Positions 1 to 12,752 of a DNA stretch of 57,059 nt are shown piece by piece; the first letter of the stretch is position 1, and each line of letters starts with the position of its first letter. The stretch is taken from positions 121,893,564 through 121,950,622 of the forward strand of contig NC_068981.1 of the NCBI RefSeq assembly GCF_001194135.2, written 5' to 3'. Source of the stretch: Octopus bimaculoides (taxonomy: Eukaryota). The translations under genes and the position numbers were made by a program. Under the pieces are notes generated by a model. That model saw only the letters and a list, made by a program, of their open reading frames with translations, made no database searches and was not told the DNA's origin.

Positions 1-92
1 TATGTATATATATGTATGTATATATATGTATATATATATATATATATACAGAAATATATATATATAGAAAGAGTGGGATATATTCCTTGATA

Positions 93-482
93 CGTTTCAG
101 TTATTTGACTGCGGCCATGCTGGAGCACCACCTATAAAGGTTTTTTAGTTGAAGAAATCGATCTCAGGACCTATTTTTTCGTAAACTTAGCAATTCTGTC
201 GGTAATTTTTGCCGAACTGCTAGTTATAGGGATTAGGGTCGGTTGTCAAGAGATGGTTGGGTGAGAAACTGAGACTCAAATATACGAACACACACACGCA
301 CATACATACATACACGCGCACTCACTCACTCACTCACTCACTCACTCACTCACTCACTCATATATGACCTTCGTCGTTCAGTTTTCAACTACCTAATCCA
401 CACACAAGGCTTTTGTCGGGCCGAGGCTATAGTAGAAAATAGTTACCTAAGTCGCCACGTAGTGGGACTGAATCTGGAACCT
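93..482 (-). mobile_element. tRNA-derived SINE, family 1 (5'-truncated, internal (CACT)n microsatellite)
   Basis: Aligns by eye along its length with the full-length copy at 42840-43240 (gactgcggccatgctggagcacc tail; ggttgtcaag; ccacgtagtgggactgaa B-box region). Confidence 0.8.
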
Positions 483-1382
483 TTCATCTTCTTCATCAAT
501 AACTTCCTACTAGGTATTCATTATAAAGTCATTTGCTGACACTGTCAAATATATCTATCTTTCACCTCTCAGTTTTTATATAGTTTTACAGTAAACAATT
601 TTGATTTGGAACTGGAAAAAGATGTAGAAACACGCACTGCGCATGTGCACACTGGATTCGTAAGACGGAAGAGGAGAATAAAAACAATCTGCATTCAAAA
701 TAAAACAAAAAATGAATAAAAATTCAATGTCACAGAAATTAAATGATGATCTACATGCCACGTCTGACACCACTATCACGCAGCTTTACTGTAATTTTCT
801 TGTATGTATCTTTATTCATGCGGAGGTATATGTGCGGATGTCTATGTGTGAGAGTCTTTATTTCTTTCTTTAACTTTGATAGAAAATCAATGGTACAACA
901 ATTGTGTCGAAGCACAATTTGATATATTTGGCTTTGAACTATTTAAATTCTCTTCGATATTGTTAGCTATTAGCAGTATTAGTAATCCAACAACATTTTC
1001 TTTTCCGTATCCCTTTTTTGTTTTCCTTTAACCTACCTTTTTGTTATTTCGTTTGTTCCTTTTATTTGACTTCTCTTCCTTCTTTCTTCTTTGAACTTCT
1101 TTTCTTAGCCCTTGTGTGCCATTTCGATTTCGGGTATGTTTAACCATGAGTTTATTTTTCTACTGATTTATTTGTCAATTTATGCTTCTATGTCTAACCC
1201 TTCATATTACATACTCATTGTTTCCCTGTTTATCTATCCGCCCTCCACACCATTTATTTTCTTCAATCTTTTTTTTACGCTATCGCCTCATACCGCTCTC
1301 CCTCACTGGTTTAAGTCAGTTCTCTATGTTACGACTCTCTTCCAGAACGAAATTTTGAAAACCATTTACAACCGACAAATGC

Positions 1383-1705
1383 TGTACATTATTTACATTA
1401 GACTGACATATATCCTCATTAACTTTGTTGTTACGACACTGTTGCAGCTGATTTACTCTTCAGCCTTCATTAGATGTCCTGGTAGGATAGCAGAATTTTG
1501 AACTCAATTCTGGGTTCTCATTCCTAAGGTATTTTTTGCTCTTCTTCTTCTTCTTCTTCTTCTTCTTCTTCTTCTTCTTCTTCTTCTTCTTCTTCTTCTT
1601 CTTCTTCTTCTTCTTCTTCTTCTTCTTCTTCTTGCTGTTTATTCAAGGCACTGCCTGAAATTGGACTCACAATCTTGGGCTTACTAGCCCGCGATCTTAA
1701 CCATT
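1383..1705 (-). mobile_element. Hammerhead-tailed tRNA-SINE-like element, left (degenerate) arm of a head-to-head palindrome
   Basis: Reverse complement matches 1733-2013 (aatggttaag..gcgggcta..cccaagatt..ttgaataa / microsatellite / agcaaaaaatacctta..aatgag.accca / ribozyme region / aatgtaaataatgta). Confidence 0.75.
1541..1633. repeat. (CTT)31 microsatellite
   Basis: Direct reading. Confidence 0.95.
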
Positions 1706-1719
1706 TTGCTTTTCGCCAC

Positions 1720-1819
1720 GGACATATAGCGTAATGGTTAAGGGCGCGGGCTACTAACCCCAAGATTGCAACTTCAATTCCAGACAGTGACTTGAATAAA
1801 TAACAACAACAGCAACAGC

Positions 1820-1861
<42 letters not shown>

Positions 1862-2013
1862 TTCAGCAAAAAATACCTTAAAAATGAGGACCCAGGGTTG
1901 GGTTCAAAATTCTACCAAGACACCTGATGAAGGCTGGAGAGTAAATCAGCCGAAACGTTGTGGTAACAACAAACAAGATGAAGCCATATATCAGTCCAAT
2001 GTAAATAATGTAT
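1720..2013 (+). mobile_element. Hammerhead-tailed tRNA-SINE-like element, right arm
   Basis: A-box TAGCGTAATGG at 1727-1737, degenerate B-box CTTCAATTCC at 1772-1781, (AAC)/(AAT) tract, hammerhead core at 1924-1959, AATGTAAAT tail; second copy at 20805-21026. Confidence 0.8.
1918..1963 (+). ncRNA. Minimal type I hammerhead ribozyme motif (dimer-type, Penelope-like)
   Basis: CAC-CTGATGA-A-GGCTG(loop)CAGCC-GAAA-CG-TT-GTG; stem I CAC/GTG, stem II 5 bp, stem III replaced by palindrome AACGTT. Confidence 0.65.
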
Positions 2014-2089
2014 ATAAACATATATATTTATATATTCCTGGATTAAGTATATGCATTCTTATTCTCTCACACAGACATATCCTTTGTGT

Positions 2090-2488
2090 TTTACTTGTTT
2101 CAGGCTTTAGACTGTGGTCACGCTGTGGCATCACCTTCAAGAACGGACACACAGGAATTACATTTTAAGCCTGGTATTTATTCTATTGGTCCCTTTTGGC
2201 GAACTGCTTATTTACGGGGACGCAAACAAACCAACACAAGTTGTCAAGCGGTGGTTGTGGGGGAGAAACGTAGACACAGAGATACACACACACACACATA
2301 GATATACATACACGCATATATATATACACACATACACATATATATATACATACGTATACATACATATCTACATATAAATTAAAACAGCAGGGTAAAAACT
2401 TGGATATTAATTAATATCAATTTAATACCAGGGAACGAGCACATTCAAAGAGTGAAGGAGATTCAGAAAAAATATCTGAGAATGTCTC

Positions 2489-2556
<68 letters not shown>

Positions 2557-2645
2557 ACGCGGACTTCTTCCAATTTCCGTCTACCAAATCCAATTACAAA
2601 CCTTTGTGCCGGCCCTACACTATAGCACACGGTGCCACGCAGTTA
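2090..2645 (-). mobile_element. tRNA-derived SINE family 1, interrupted in its internal microsatellite
   Basis: 3' half 2090-2290 and 5' half 2556-2645 both align with 42840-43240; separated by microsatellite and a foreign fragment. Confidence 0.7.
2372..2490 (+). mobile_element. Fragment related to the arm of the 39298-39913 foldback element
   Basis: gatattaattaatatcaatttaataccagggaacgagcacattcaaagagtgaaggagattcagaaaaaatatctg resembles attaatatcgattaattatcaggaggtcagcacatctaaagaatcaaagagattcagaaatattatctg (reverse complement of right arm). Confidence 0.5.
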
Positions 2646-3340
2646 TTGATTTTCCTATACGGCTTTACACTCGAGTCAATAACGTTATTACTATTTTTAG
2701 AAATAATATCGTTCTTTTATATTTATATTATATACACTAGCTGATGGATAATTGTAGTATCTTATATATAAATACATAATACACACACATACAAACATTC
2801 ACATACTTACCTTGTAGGTACACACACATACACACGCAGAGTCGAAACGCTGATTTTTTTTATCCCTTCCTTCCTTATTCATCTATCAAGGTTATTACTC
2901 TCATTGCTTCTCCTTCACTGATTAACTACTTTCTCTCCAGCTCCGCATCCGGCGTGATTCTGAACAAATATATATACACAAAAATATATAAACATACTAC
3001 GCTCATTATTATGTTAGATGTATATTAATCATTTCAGTCACTGGACTGCGGCCATCATGGCACCCCTTTCTCAAAAATGTGTTTATTGCATACTTAAGAC
3101 CGTTCTTTGAAACGACCAATGAGAAAAGATCCATGTGTTTTAATTTTATATTAGTTTAAATTGCATCGTCATTTCTTTCCCATTTCTAACAAAACTCTCC
3201 AATGAACGGGAACGTGAAACTTCGAGTAACAGTTTTTTTTTGTTATATTTCTGCTGCTTGTAGATAAAGCATATTACACTACCTCTAGTATTTGAGTACT
3301 CTATTTTCCACCTTGTTACACATTTATGTGCTAACTCCGG

Positions 3341-3378
<38 letters not shown>

Positions 3379-3940
3379 NNNNNNNNNNNNNNNNNNNNNN
3401 NNNNNNNNNNNNNNNNNNNNNNNNNNNNNNNNNNNNNNNNNNNNNNNNNNNNNNNNNNNNNNNNNNNNNNNNNNNNNNNNNNNNNNNNNNNNNNNNNNNN
3501 NNNNNNNNNNNNNNNNNNNNNNNNNNNNNNNNNNNNNNNNNNNNNNNNNNNNNNNNNNNNNNNNNNNNNNNNNNNNNNNNNNNNNNNNNNNNNNNNNNNN
3601 NNNNNNNNNNNNNNNNNNNNNNNNNNNNNNNNNNNNNNNNNNNNNNNNNNNNNNNNNNNNNNNNNNNNNNNNNNNNNNNNNNNNNNNNNNNNNNNNNNNN
3701 NNNNNNNNNNNNNNNNNNNNNNNNNNNNNNNNNNNNNNNNNNNNNNNNNNNNNNNNNNNNNNNNNNNNNNNNNNNNNNNNNNNNNNNNNNNNNNNNNNNN
3801 NNNNNNNNNNNNNNNNNNNNNNNNNNNNNNNNNNNNNNNNNNNNNNNNNNNNNNNNNNNNNNNNNNNNNNNNNNNNNNNNNNNNNNNNNNNNNNNNNNNN
3901 NNNNNNNNNNNNNNNNNNNNNNNNNNNNNNNNNNNNNNNN

Positions 3941-3979
<39 letters not shown>

Positions 3980-4471
3980 ATGTATATATATATGTATGTA
4001 TATATATATATATAGACATTAGTGATTTTAAATATATGTACCTATGCACATGCATATACATCAATGTATATTATGCGACTAGTGTTTTAGAAAACACGTG
4101 CATTACTTGAAATAAAAGCCCAAACTCTGTAATGCTGTAGTTAAGGCGCATGAATGAAAACCTATACACTAACAGGGACCATAATCGTCCGCAAAAATTG
4201 ATGGAATATCGTCACTGTTAATGAATATTTTTTTGATTCGTGTGCGTTATCTACAGCACTGGGGCGTTTTATCTCTTCCTTCCAGCAATGTAGGTGCTTT
4301 CTTACACACGCGTCGCATTTGCTGACATTTGGAATTACCTTTTTTTGTGAAATGTTACAAACTGCTCTAAATATTAACTTTACATAAGTGCATATTATAT
4401 CACATGTATATATATATATATAATTTGTACAATTATGCATGTGTATATATACATATTTATATATACACACA

Positions 4472-4513
<42 letters not shown>

Positions 4514-5340
4514 TATATATGTTTTATACATTCATGGAAATACATTCTTACCTATGTGTGCATAATGGTGCATGCATATAGGTGTATTTAATTGAGTGTG
4601 TGAGGGTGCATTTGCGTTTGTACGCGAATGATATGCAAATAAATGCAATTTAGCATTTTTAGAAAGAATAGAATTTCATTACCTAAAAATATATATGAAT
4701 TATTGATATTTTAATTGGCACTTCAGCACCTAAAAAATGTACATGTATATTGCATAATTTCACGCATAATGGTATGCATTGATTTTGTGCTCACAAGTCA
4801 ACAAATATACACAACTGTGTGAACATACATACGCAATGTAATGCACGTTGGTTAATGTATTCGTATTGAAGCTTCAATACAAATCTTATGTGTGAGTGTT
4901 TGTGTATATGAATGTTTGGGTGTCTGTTTTTGTCTGTATATGTGTCATTATGTGTGTCTGTGTGTGCGTGCATGTGAATATGTGCGTATATGCATGTGTT
5001 GTGCAGCATGTGTTTTTATGCACATGTGTAATGTATGTTTACATGTTTGTCAATATTACATCTCTCTATTGTTCTCCCCTTATCTCTGCTCTTTCCCTTT
5101 CTGTCCCAAATACACACAAGCACACACATACATAAATTGTTTATGCGTTCGTATGTGCGTATATGTCTATGTTTATCTCTGTTTCTATATGTGAATAAAT
5201 ATATTCTTTTACTTGACGAATATATGTGAACATATACTTGTATACAGATACTTAACTGCATACACTACGCATATATGTACAGATATTTAAATATATGGGT
5301 GTACATATTTAAGATTATAATATATAAGATTATAACAAAA

Positions 5341-5414
<74 letters not shown>

Positions 5415-7512
5415 GTATATATGCATGTACATATATACATATATTTATGTATATATGTACGTATATACATATATTTATGCATATATGTATGTATATATAT
5501 ATATATACATATATGTATGTATATATGTATGTAGATATATACATATATTTATGTATATATATATAAACATATATATATATATTTATATGTGTTTATAAAT
5601 ATATGTATGTATATACGCTTATATATATTCATACCACAATAATAGAAATCCCTTATGTCTTCTTATCGTTGATACCCCATATACAGCTTTGAATATGCGT
5701 AATTTATTCTAATGATTCATAAGGCTTCCCCCTTCTGGGCATTGTGCTAACGCACCCACCCATGTACGTAAACGTGATGTCACAGTGAGTGATATATACT
5801 GATACACATTACAAAATATAATTCAATTTGAATATAGAAATTATGCGTGGTGTGTGTGTACGCAGAAAATATGTATGAGGGATATTGATTACATATCTAT
5901 GTGCATACGGAAATGTAAAAAGTCACATAATATACGCAAAAACGTTTACATAGCCTCAGACCTAAATTATGCATTATTAAGCCCAAAGTTTAACCTCGCC
6001 CCAGTAAAGTTGATAAAACTGTTCCAGTGCAATTTTTTTCTCTCTTCGTTGTAAAATCAAACTGATTATGCTGAGATGTAACCACTTCCCTTGCACTTTC
6101 TTCTGTGCTAAATGTTATCAGTACTAAGAGGTATGAGTTTCATCTGTATCTACGAAATAAAACGTTGCATAATGCAAACTTACTTGTTTAATATGTATGT
6201 GTATAATAACGTTATTGACTCGAGTGTAAAGCCGTGTAGGCAAATCAATAATTATATATATGATATAGAAATATATATATACTGTGGTACTACATAAGAA
6301 CCTGCTTCGCTAAAAATAGAAGTCAAAACACTTCTAAGTCACATAAGTATCACTAAATTAATACAGGCATAATAGGAAAATAGTGCCTTACCTCCGCCAA
6401 GAATGCATGAAGAATGTTAGTTAATTTGATATCATGATATTGAAATTAACGACAAAGGCGCCAAATTCTCTTCAGTGAAATCTGCCAGGGACAGCTACTA
6501 GAATTCTCTTTAAGCATGCTCGTTCATTCGTTTCAGTGGTCGAACACCATTGAAACAAGCGAACCACTTGAAATTATTTATAAATTTGTAAGAACGATAT
6601 TTATTTCTAAAAATAATAAACGTTAGTGGCCGCGATGTAAAACCGTATAGGCGAATAAATAAGTATAGGCAAATAAATAAGATATATAAATATTTTTATA
6701 CATACTAGGGTATTATATAAGCATGTGCTATATATATATATGTATATNNNNNNNNNNNNNNNNNNNNNNNNNNNNNNNNNNNNNNNNNNNNNNNNNNNNN
6801 NNNNNNNNNNNNNNNNNNNNNNNNNNNNNNNNNNNNNNNNNNNNNNNNNNNNNNNNNNNNNNNNNNNNNNNNNNNNNNNNNNNNNNNNNNNNNNNNNNNN
6901 NNNNNNNNNNNNNNNNNNNNNNNNNNNNNNNNNNNNNNNNNNNNNNNNNNNNNNNNNNNNNNNNNNNNNNNNNNNNNNNNNNNNNNNNNNNNNNNNNNNN
7001 NNNNNNNNNNNNNNNNNNNNNNNNNNNNNNNNNNNNNNNNNNNNNNNNNNNNNNNNNNNNNNNNNNNNNNNNNNNNNNNNNNNNNNNNNNNNNNNNNNNN
7101 NNNNNNNNNNNNNNNNNNNNNNNNNNNNNNNNNNNNNNNNNNNNNNNNNNNNNNNNNNNNNNNNNNNNNNNNNNNNNNNNNNNNNNNNNNNNNNNNNNNN
7201 NNNNNNNNNNNNNNNNNNNNNNNNNNNNNNNNNNNNNNNNNNNNNNNNNNNNNNNNNNNNNNNNNNNNNNNNNNNNNNNNNNNNNNNNNNNNNNNNNNNN
7301 NNNNNNNNNNNNNNNNNNNNNNNNNNNNNNNNNNNNNNNNNNNNNNNNNNNNNNNNNNNNNNNNNNNNNNNNNNNNACACACAAACACACACACACACAT
7401 ATATATATATATGTATAAAATACACTTTAATTGAAATTAAGTTTCCCCAAAATTAAACACATCTAATCTAATAAATGTGAATGTCAGTGTCTCATACTTT
7501 TTCGACTTTAAT

Positions 7513-7676
7513 AAATCCTTTCTACTGCAAGCACAAAGCCTCAAATTTGGGGATAAGGGATTAAGTCGTAACTGGTACTAATTTTATCGACCACGAAAGG
7601 AGGAATGGCAAAGTGGACCTCGGCAGAATTCGAACTCAAACCCTATCGGCAGACGACTATGCTAGCTCGCCGCGTT
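7513..7676 (-). mobile_element. tRNA-derived SINE, family 2 (internally deleted)
   Basis: Matches 34051-34293 copy (actggtact..tttatcgacc.cgaaagga..aggcaaagt.gacctcggc.gaatt.gaactc). Confidence 0.75.
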
Positions 7677-8209
7677 TATATAATATAATAACGTAATAAT
7701 ATAATAAATGTGAATATCAGTGTGTTACACTTTTTCAACTTTACTCCTAGATACCGTAGCCAAATATATCATACCATTTTGGAATCATGCTGACCCCGTG
7801 AGTAAATTAAAAATTACGGGCCGAATCCGAACCCCGAATTTGGGATTCCTAAGATTGCATTACTGTGATTGTTTATGGCGAATTATTTACGTGACTTTTG
7901 GTGACAAATTTTTTTGTACGATAACAATATTTATAATGTAAAGGCCAACTCCGAAACCGGACCTGTAATCCTGAAATTTTGGATTCGTCTGTCTCAATTA
8001 CTGCGATTGTTTTCGGCGATTTTTCTGGTCAATATATTTAAATTTATATAGCGGACACCTCAGTATATAGCGTGTTTCTGCAGCCGATAGGTATTTATAT
8101 TCTTTTAGATTTTAATTATTTATGTGTTAAAATAAGCATTTTCACAGCTAAAAATTAATTAATTAATAAATCAAGATACAGTACTCTACTGCACTGCACT
8201 GCACTATAT

Positions 8210-8740
8210 AACAGTGCTTACTAAAGCAGGGAAGGTGAGAATGCACGACATTAATAACCTGATTGAGACCCACTCGCATTCCTTAATGGATGAGGATCTG
8301 ATAGAGATGATGAAGTTAGCAAGTGGGGAAGAAGGGGAAGAAAAAGAAAAGGAAGAAAAGGCAGAAGCGGAAGAAGCGGAAGAAGAAAAAGAAGTCGGCC
8401 TATCACTAAAATGCTTCTCAACTGTAGCAAAAACGGCAAAAGGACTTCAGAGAATGACCCCCAGATGTTGCAGTTCAGAAATACAATCGACGGAGCCAGG
8501 GAGTTTTATAAAAACCGCCTTACGCAGAAGAAAATGCAGCGCCAGTAATTGCCCAACGCTATGTTCCTCCCCCACAAAAAAGAAAAAAAAATACAGAAGA
8601 CACGATAGGGGGAGAGTTTATAAAAGCTTAAATATATAAAAATATAAAAATAAATATATACAAATTATAAAAATAAAATAATAAAAGATATACAATACTG
8701 TTTCTACTTTTTACCTATCGCGGTAGGCTTTGGAACGTGT
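8210..8740 (+). mobile_element. Tigger/pogo-type DNA transposon remnant (transposase C-terminus, frameshifted, plus subterminal 3' sequence)
   Basis: DINNLIETHSHSLMDEDLIEM-acidic tract-VGLSL..KTAKGLQRM, then after frameshift MLQFRNTIDGAREFYKNRLTQKKMQRQ*LP, the typical TIGD/Tigger C-terminal pattern; cctatcgcggtaggctttggaac resembles Tigger subterminal ends. Confidence 0.8.
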
Positions 8741-10080
8741 GAGTATATGTTAGTTCTGTTTTCTGCTACGCATTTTTATATGACGACTTTGAGATTGGAC
8801 TTCATCTTTCATTTTGATGTGGAAATCTGTTTGTATCCACATTACTACGACTTATGCATGAACCGTCTAAATCTCTTCCTCTACACAGTATAGGATTTTG
8901 CTTTCTATATAAAAGAAAATAACCTTATTTTCTAGTATTTAATACTATAACTAATTCGTAGCAATACATACATACATACATACATACATATGTATGTATG
9001 TATGTGTATGTGTGTGTGTGTGTGCGTGTGCGTGTGTGTGTGTGTATTTCTAATGATTACATTAGTTTTGCTGATAGGGCTTTGAAAGCATATACAAGCA
9101 GTATTTATAAGGTTATTAGACCTATGGATCTGAAAATAGAATATTATATTATTTAACTGTGCTTACAAAATATATTTGACAAAGGCAAATATTTGCAATG
9201 ATAAGAATAAAAGAAAATATTTTGGTATTTATAATACCTTTGTGCTTTCAAATAACAAGGGAAATAAGCAGCGTATTTTCCCGTTAATTATATGTGTGTA
9301 CGTGACATGTATGCCTGTACAAACAACAGCCTAACATATAATACACAAATATCATGATGTATTTATTTAATATAATACACAACTATAGATGTATTTATTT
9401 AATGTTCTGACAACATGTATACTGATTTATCTAAATTCATTCCTCCATGAACACAACATAGATTACCCATGTTTGTCTTTATAAAGCCTCTTCTATAAAT
9501 CTAATTTCATTGGAGACTAAATATTAAAATTGTACATCTTTATAAATGAGATGATGTCTTCAATGTATAGCTGTGCTCTGTCATAAATAAGGAATGTTAA
9601 AGAAGAATACGCTTTGGCATTTTTACAGTAGTAGAAAGCCTCGAGCTAAAATATTCTCAAGCCATATCTTAATGCCCGAAAATTCAGGTTATCGCTATTT
9701 AGATGTTTGATCGTAATGTTGCTACGATTATATATTCTTATTACTTTGCTCATACAGCAAAATATCCTAGTAGCTATATTTACCCTGTTTTATATTTTCT
9801 ATCCAAAATATAAGATTTTTAAAGATTTATTCCACATTATTACTATGTATATATGACGTGTTTGAAATTATATAGGAAACACACTTGTTTCTTGGTTTCT
9901 TCTTCTATCACTAAGTATTGGTCTCCAAATCAAGAGGTGATATACAATTTCCGCTTTAATTCTCCCCAACAGTTTCCCTGAACTTTGCGTTGTATAAAGG
10001 TGTTGTTAATAATGATGTATTTCCATATAATTCAGTGTTCGATGAATGCTTCTCTTAAGAATTATCTTTCGCTCGACCTT

Positions 10081-10152
10081 GATGTGTTCCACTAATTTAG
10101 ATGTGTTCCACTGATTTTGATGTGTTCCACTGATTTTGATGTGTTCCACTGA
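10081..10152. repeat. 19-bp minisatellite, ~3.8 copies (gatgtgttccactgatttt)
   Basis: Direct reading. Confidence 0.9.
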
Positions 10153-11163
10153 GTCTGCTTGTTATAACCTTTATGAGAGACCAACATTTAAATTCATATT
10201 TGAATGCACATTCTAGAGCAACTTTTAAAAAAAATGTACCTTGATGAAATCTACATAAATTTCCTTTCTCTACAGTGAGCAGTTTATTCAGTGCTGATCA
10301 CACAAATTCAATTTTGAAATCACGGTCTGCGGTTGAGATTTCTATTAAAAAATTACAATAATTGAAAGTCATTTACACAACTCAAGTGCCCAATTTCGAC
10401 CATTAATGTATAGTCAGATCTGCTTAACAGCTGCTTCAACTCATTGAAATAGTGATTGACCTTCCACGATACTATTAGAAGTACGATCCCTAACGTCTGC
10501 GTAAATTGTACCAATATTTATAGAACCGATATTATCTCAGGTTTTCGAGAAGGCAGTAAAAACATTTTTTCTGCATTTCGTAATATGTACTGGAAGACCA
10601 TAACGAACATGGACGCTGCTAAGGTGCCATGCTGGAAATTCCCCCAGGAGCTCAAAGAAAATAGTATAGCTATCAGGTGATACTAAAAATACGACGAAGT
10701 ATTTTAATATCGATTACAAGGTGATTTTCAAAATATATGAAAACAGAAGAGAAGGTTAGTAAGATGGAGTAGTAACAAAGCGAAAAGGCAAAATGAAGTA
10801 TATGATAAGAGGCGAAAAAATGGGAGCGCAAAAGACATTCAAACTAGCTAAAAAATAGATATACGTAAAGAAGAAAAGAGATACCCATCGAAGTGCTCTT
10901 CAACACATTTGAGGTTCCAACGCCATAAGAAGTCGAACCTAGGCGTTGCAGTACAGGAAAGAGGAAACAAACAGAACGATTGCTAATGGTTGCTAAACGG
11001 AAGAAATATTATAATAGAATACACTTGCTCCAGAGCCCACAATTGAATGAACCTGTAACCACGTGGATTGACTGCACTTATGTCCTACCTAGGCCAACGT
11101 AGCTGCGTGTCTGCATTTCCATAAAAAATGAAATGCTTTTGATATATTAATATATTGTCATTA

Positions 11164-11370
11164 TAAGGCGACGAGCTAGAAGCCCCATCAACGCGCCAGG
11201 CAAAATGCTTAGTGGCATTTCATCCGTCTTCACTTTCTCGGTTCGAATTCCGCCGCAGTCGACCTTGCTTTTCATCCCTTCAAGTCAATAACAAAAAGAT
11301 CAGTTGGGCACTGGGGTCAATCTAATCGATTTACCTCCAATTCCAAAATTACCAAAATTTGAACCCAATA
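11164..11370 (+). mobile_element. tRNA-derived SINE, family 2
   Basis: aaggcgacgagctag head, ggttcgaattcc B-box, gtcgaccttgcttttcatccc..ctggggtcaatctaatcga body. Confidence 0.75.
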
Positions 11371-12073
11371 TATTTTCATTATAAAGAATAATTTTGATAT
11401 AAGTTTTCAGTAATAACGTTGTATGGTAAGCATATTATAACTTGAATGTATATTCGTTAAACGGTATCTTAACTTTACGTGCGATGACAAAATTCTTGTT
11501 TGAGCTTAAGTCGATATCATCTAGTGCAGAATTATTGTCTCAGTCGTATGATGAAAGAGCTTAAATTACTCTTGTCATCGTTATAAAATCACTAATACAA
11601 AGTAATCTTGCAAAGCACACAGAAAGAAGGAGAACGAACATAATGTTTTAACGCATATATCGTAAGATATACTCTGTAAAATATCTCTTACACGGCAGTA
11701 ATTTAATTTACATAGGTACCTATATCATTTTTAGTTATCTTTCTAAGATTCATAATCTCACACTTAAAATAGTATTACAGAATTCGTCGTCCCAAGAGAG
11801 AGAGAGGTTAATTTATTTTAAGAGTCAGCCAAAATACCATGTATTCACTTGCAGCGGTTTCGATATTCCACTGAATATAAAATACCCGTTTCCTTTCACC
11901 TTGCTGAAATATTCAGTGTCTATCCAACAGAAGAGCTTTACTGTGATACAAATTTGCTACAAATGGAAAACAAATCATTCCTGAATCAAAGCGTGTTTAT
12001 AACCGAACTTAGTTAAAATCTAATATGGAAATAGAGAGAACAAAAACGTGAAAGAGAAGGAAAGAATGCGAGA

Positions 12074-12124
<51 letters not shown>

Positions 12125-12690
12125 NNNNNNNNNNNNNNNNNNNNNNNNNNNNNNNNNNNNNNNNNNNNNNNNNNNNNNNNNNNNNNNNNNNNNNNNNNNN
12201 NNNNNNNNNNNNNNNNNNNNNNNNNNNNNNNNNNNNNNNNNNNNNNNNNNNNNNNNNNNNNNNNNNNNNNNNNNNNNNNNNNNNNNNNNNNNNNNNNNNN
12301 NNNNNNNNNNNNNNNNNNNNNNNNNNNNNNNNNNNNNNNNNNNNNNNNNNNNNNNNNNNNNNNNNNNNNNNNNNNNNNNNNNNNNNNNNNNNNNNNNNNN
12401 NNNNNNNNNNNNNNNNNNNNNNNNNNNNNNNNNNNNNNNNNNNNNNNNNNNNNNNNNNNNNNNNNNNNNNNNNNNNNNNNNNNNNNNNNNNNNNNNNNNN
12501 NNNNNNNNNNNNNNNNNNNNNNNNNNNNNNNNNNNNNNNNNNNNNNNNNNNNNNNNNNNNNNNNNNNNNNNNNNNNNNNNNNNNNNNNNNNNNNNNNNNN
12601 NNNNNNNNNNNNNNNNNNNNNNNNNNNNNNNNNNNNNNNNNNNNNNNNNNNNNNNNNNNNNNNNNNNNNNNNNNNNNNNNNNNNNNNNNN

Positions 12691-12752
<62 letters not shown>

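Noticed and set aside
630-660. tgcgcatgtgca NRF1-like motif as a promoter
   Set aside because: Single short motif with no CpG island, TSS or gene evidence.
3292-4110. Long ORFs spanning N-gaps (also 6607-7456, 12009-12825, 20291-20949, 24200-25044, 25474-26254, 27851-28419, 31964-32401, 39886-40320, 43347-44013)
   Set aside because: Open only because N codons contain no stops; flanks are dinucleotide repeats.
4162-4400. Non-repetitive tail of a 127-aa minus ORF as an exon
   Set aside because: No recognisable domain or convincing splice signals; start lies in a microsatellite.
4791-5598. ORFs rich in Y/I, C/V, H/T
   Set aside because: Translations of (AT)n, (GT)n and (AC)n microsatellites.
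10081-10152. Short repeats as a CRISPR array
   Set aside because: No spacers, eukaryotic context, no cas genes.
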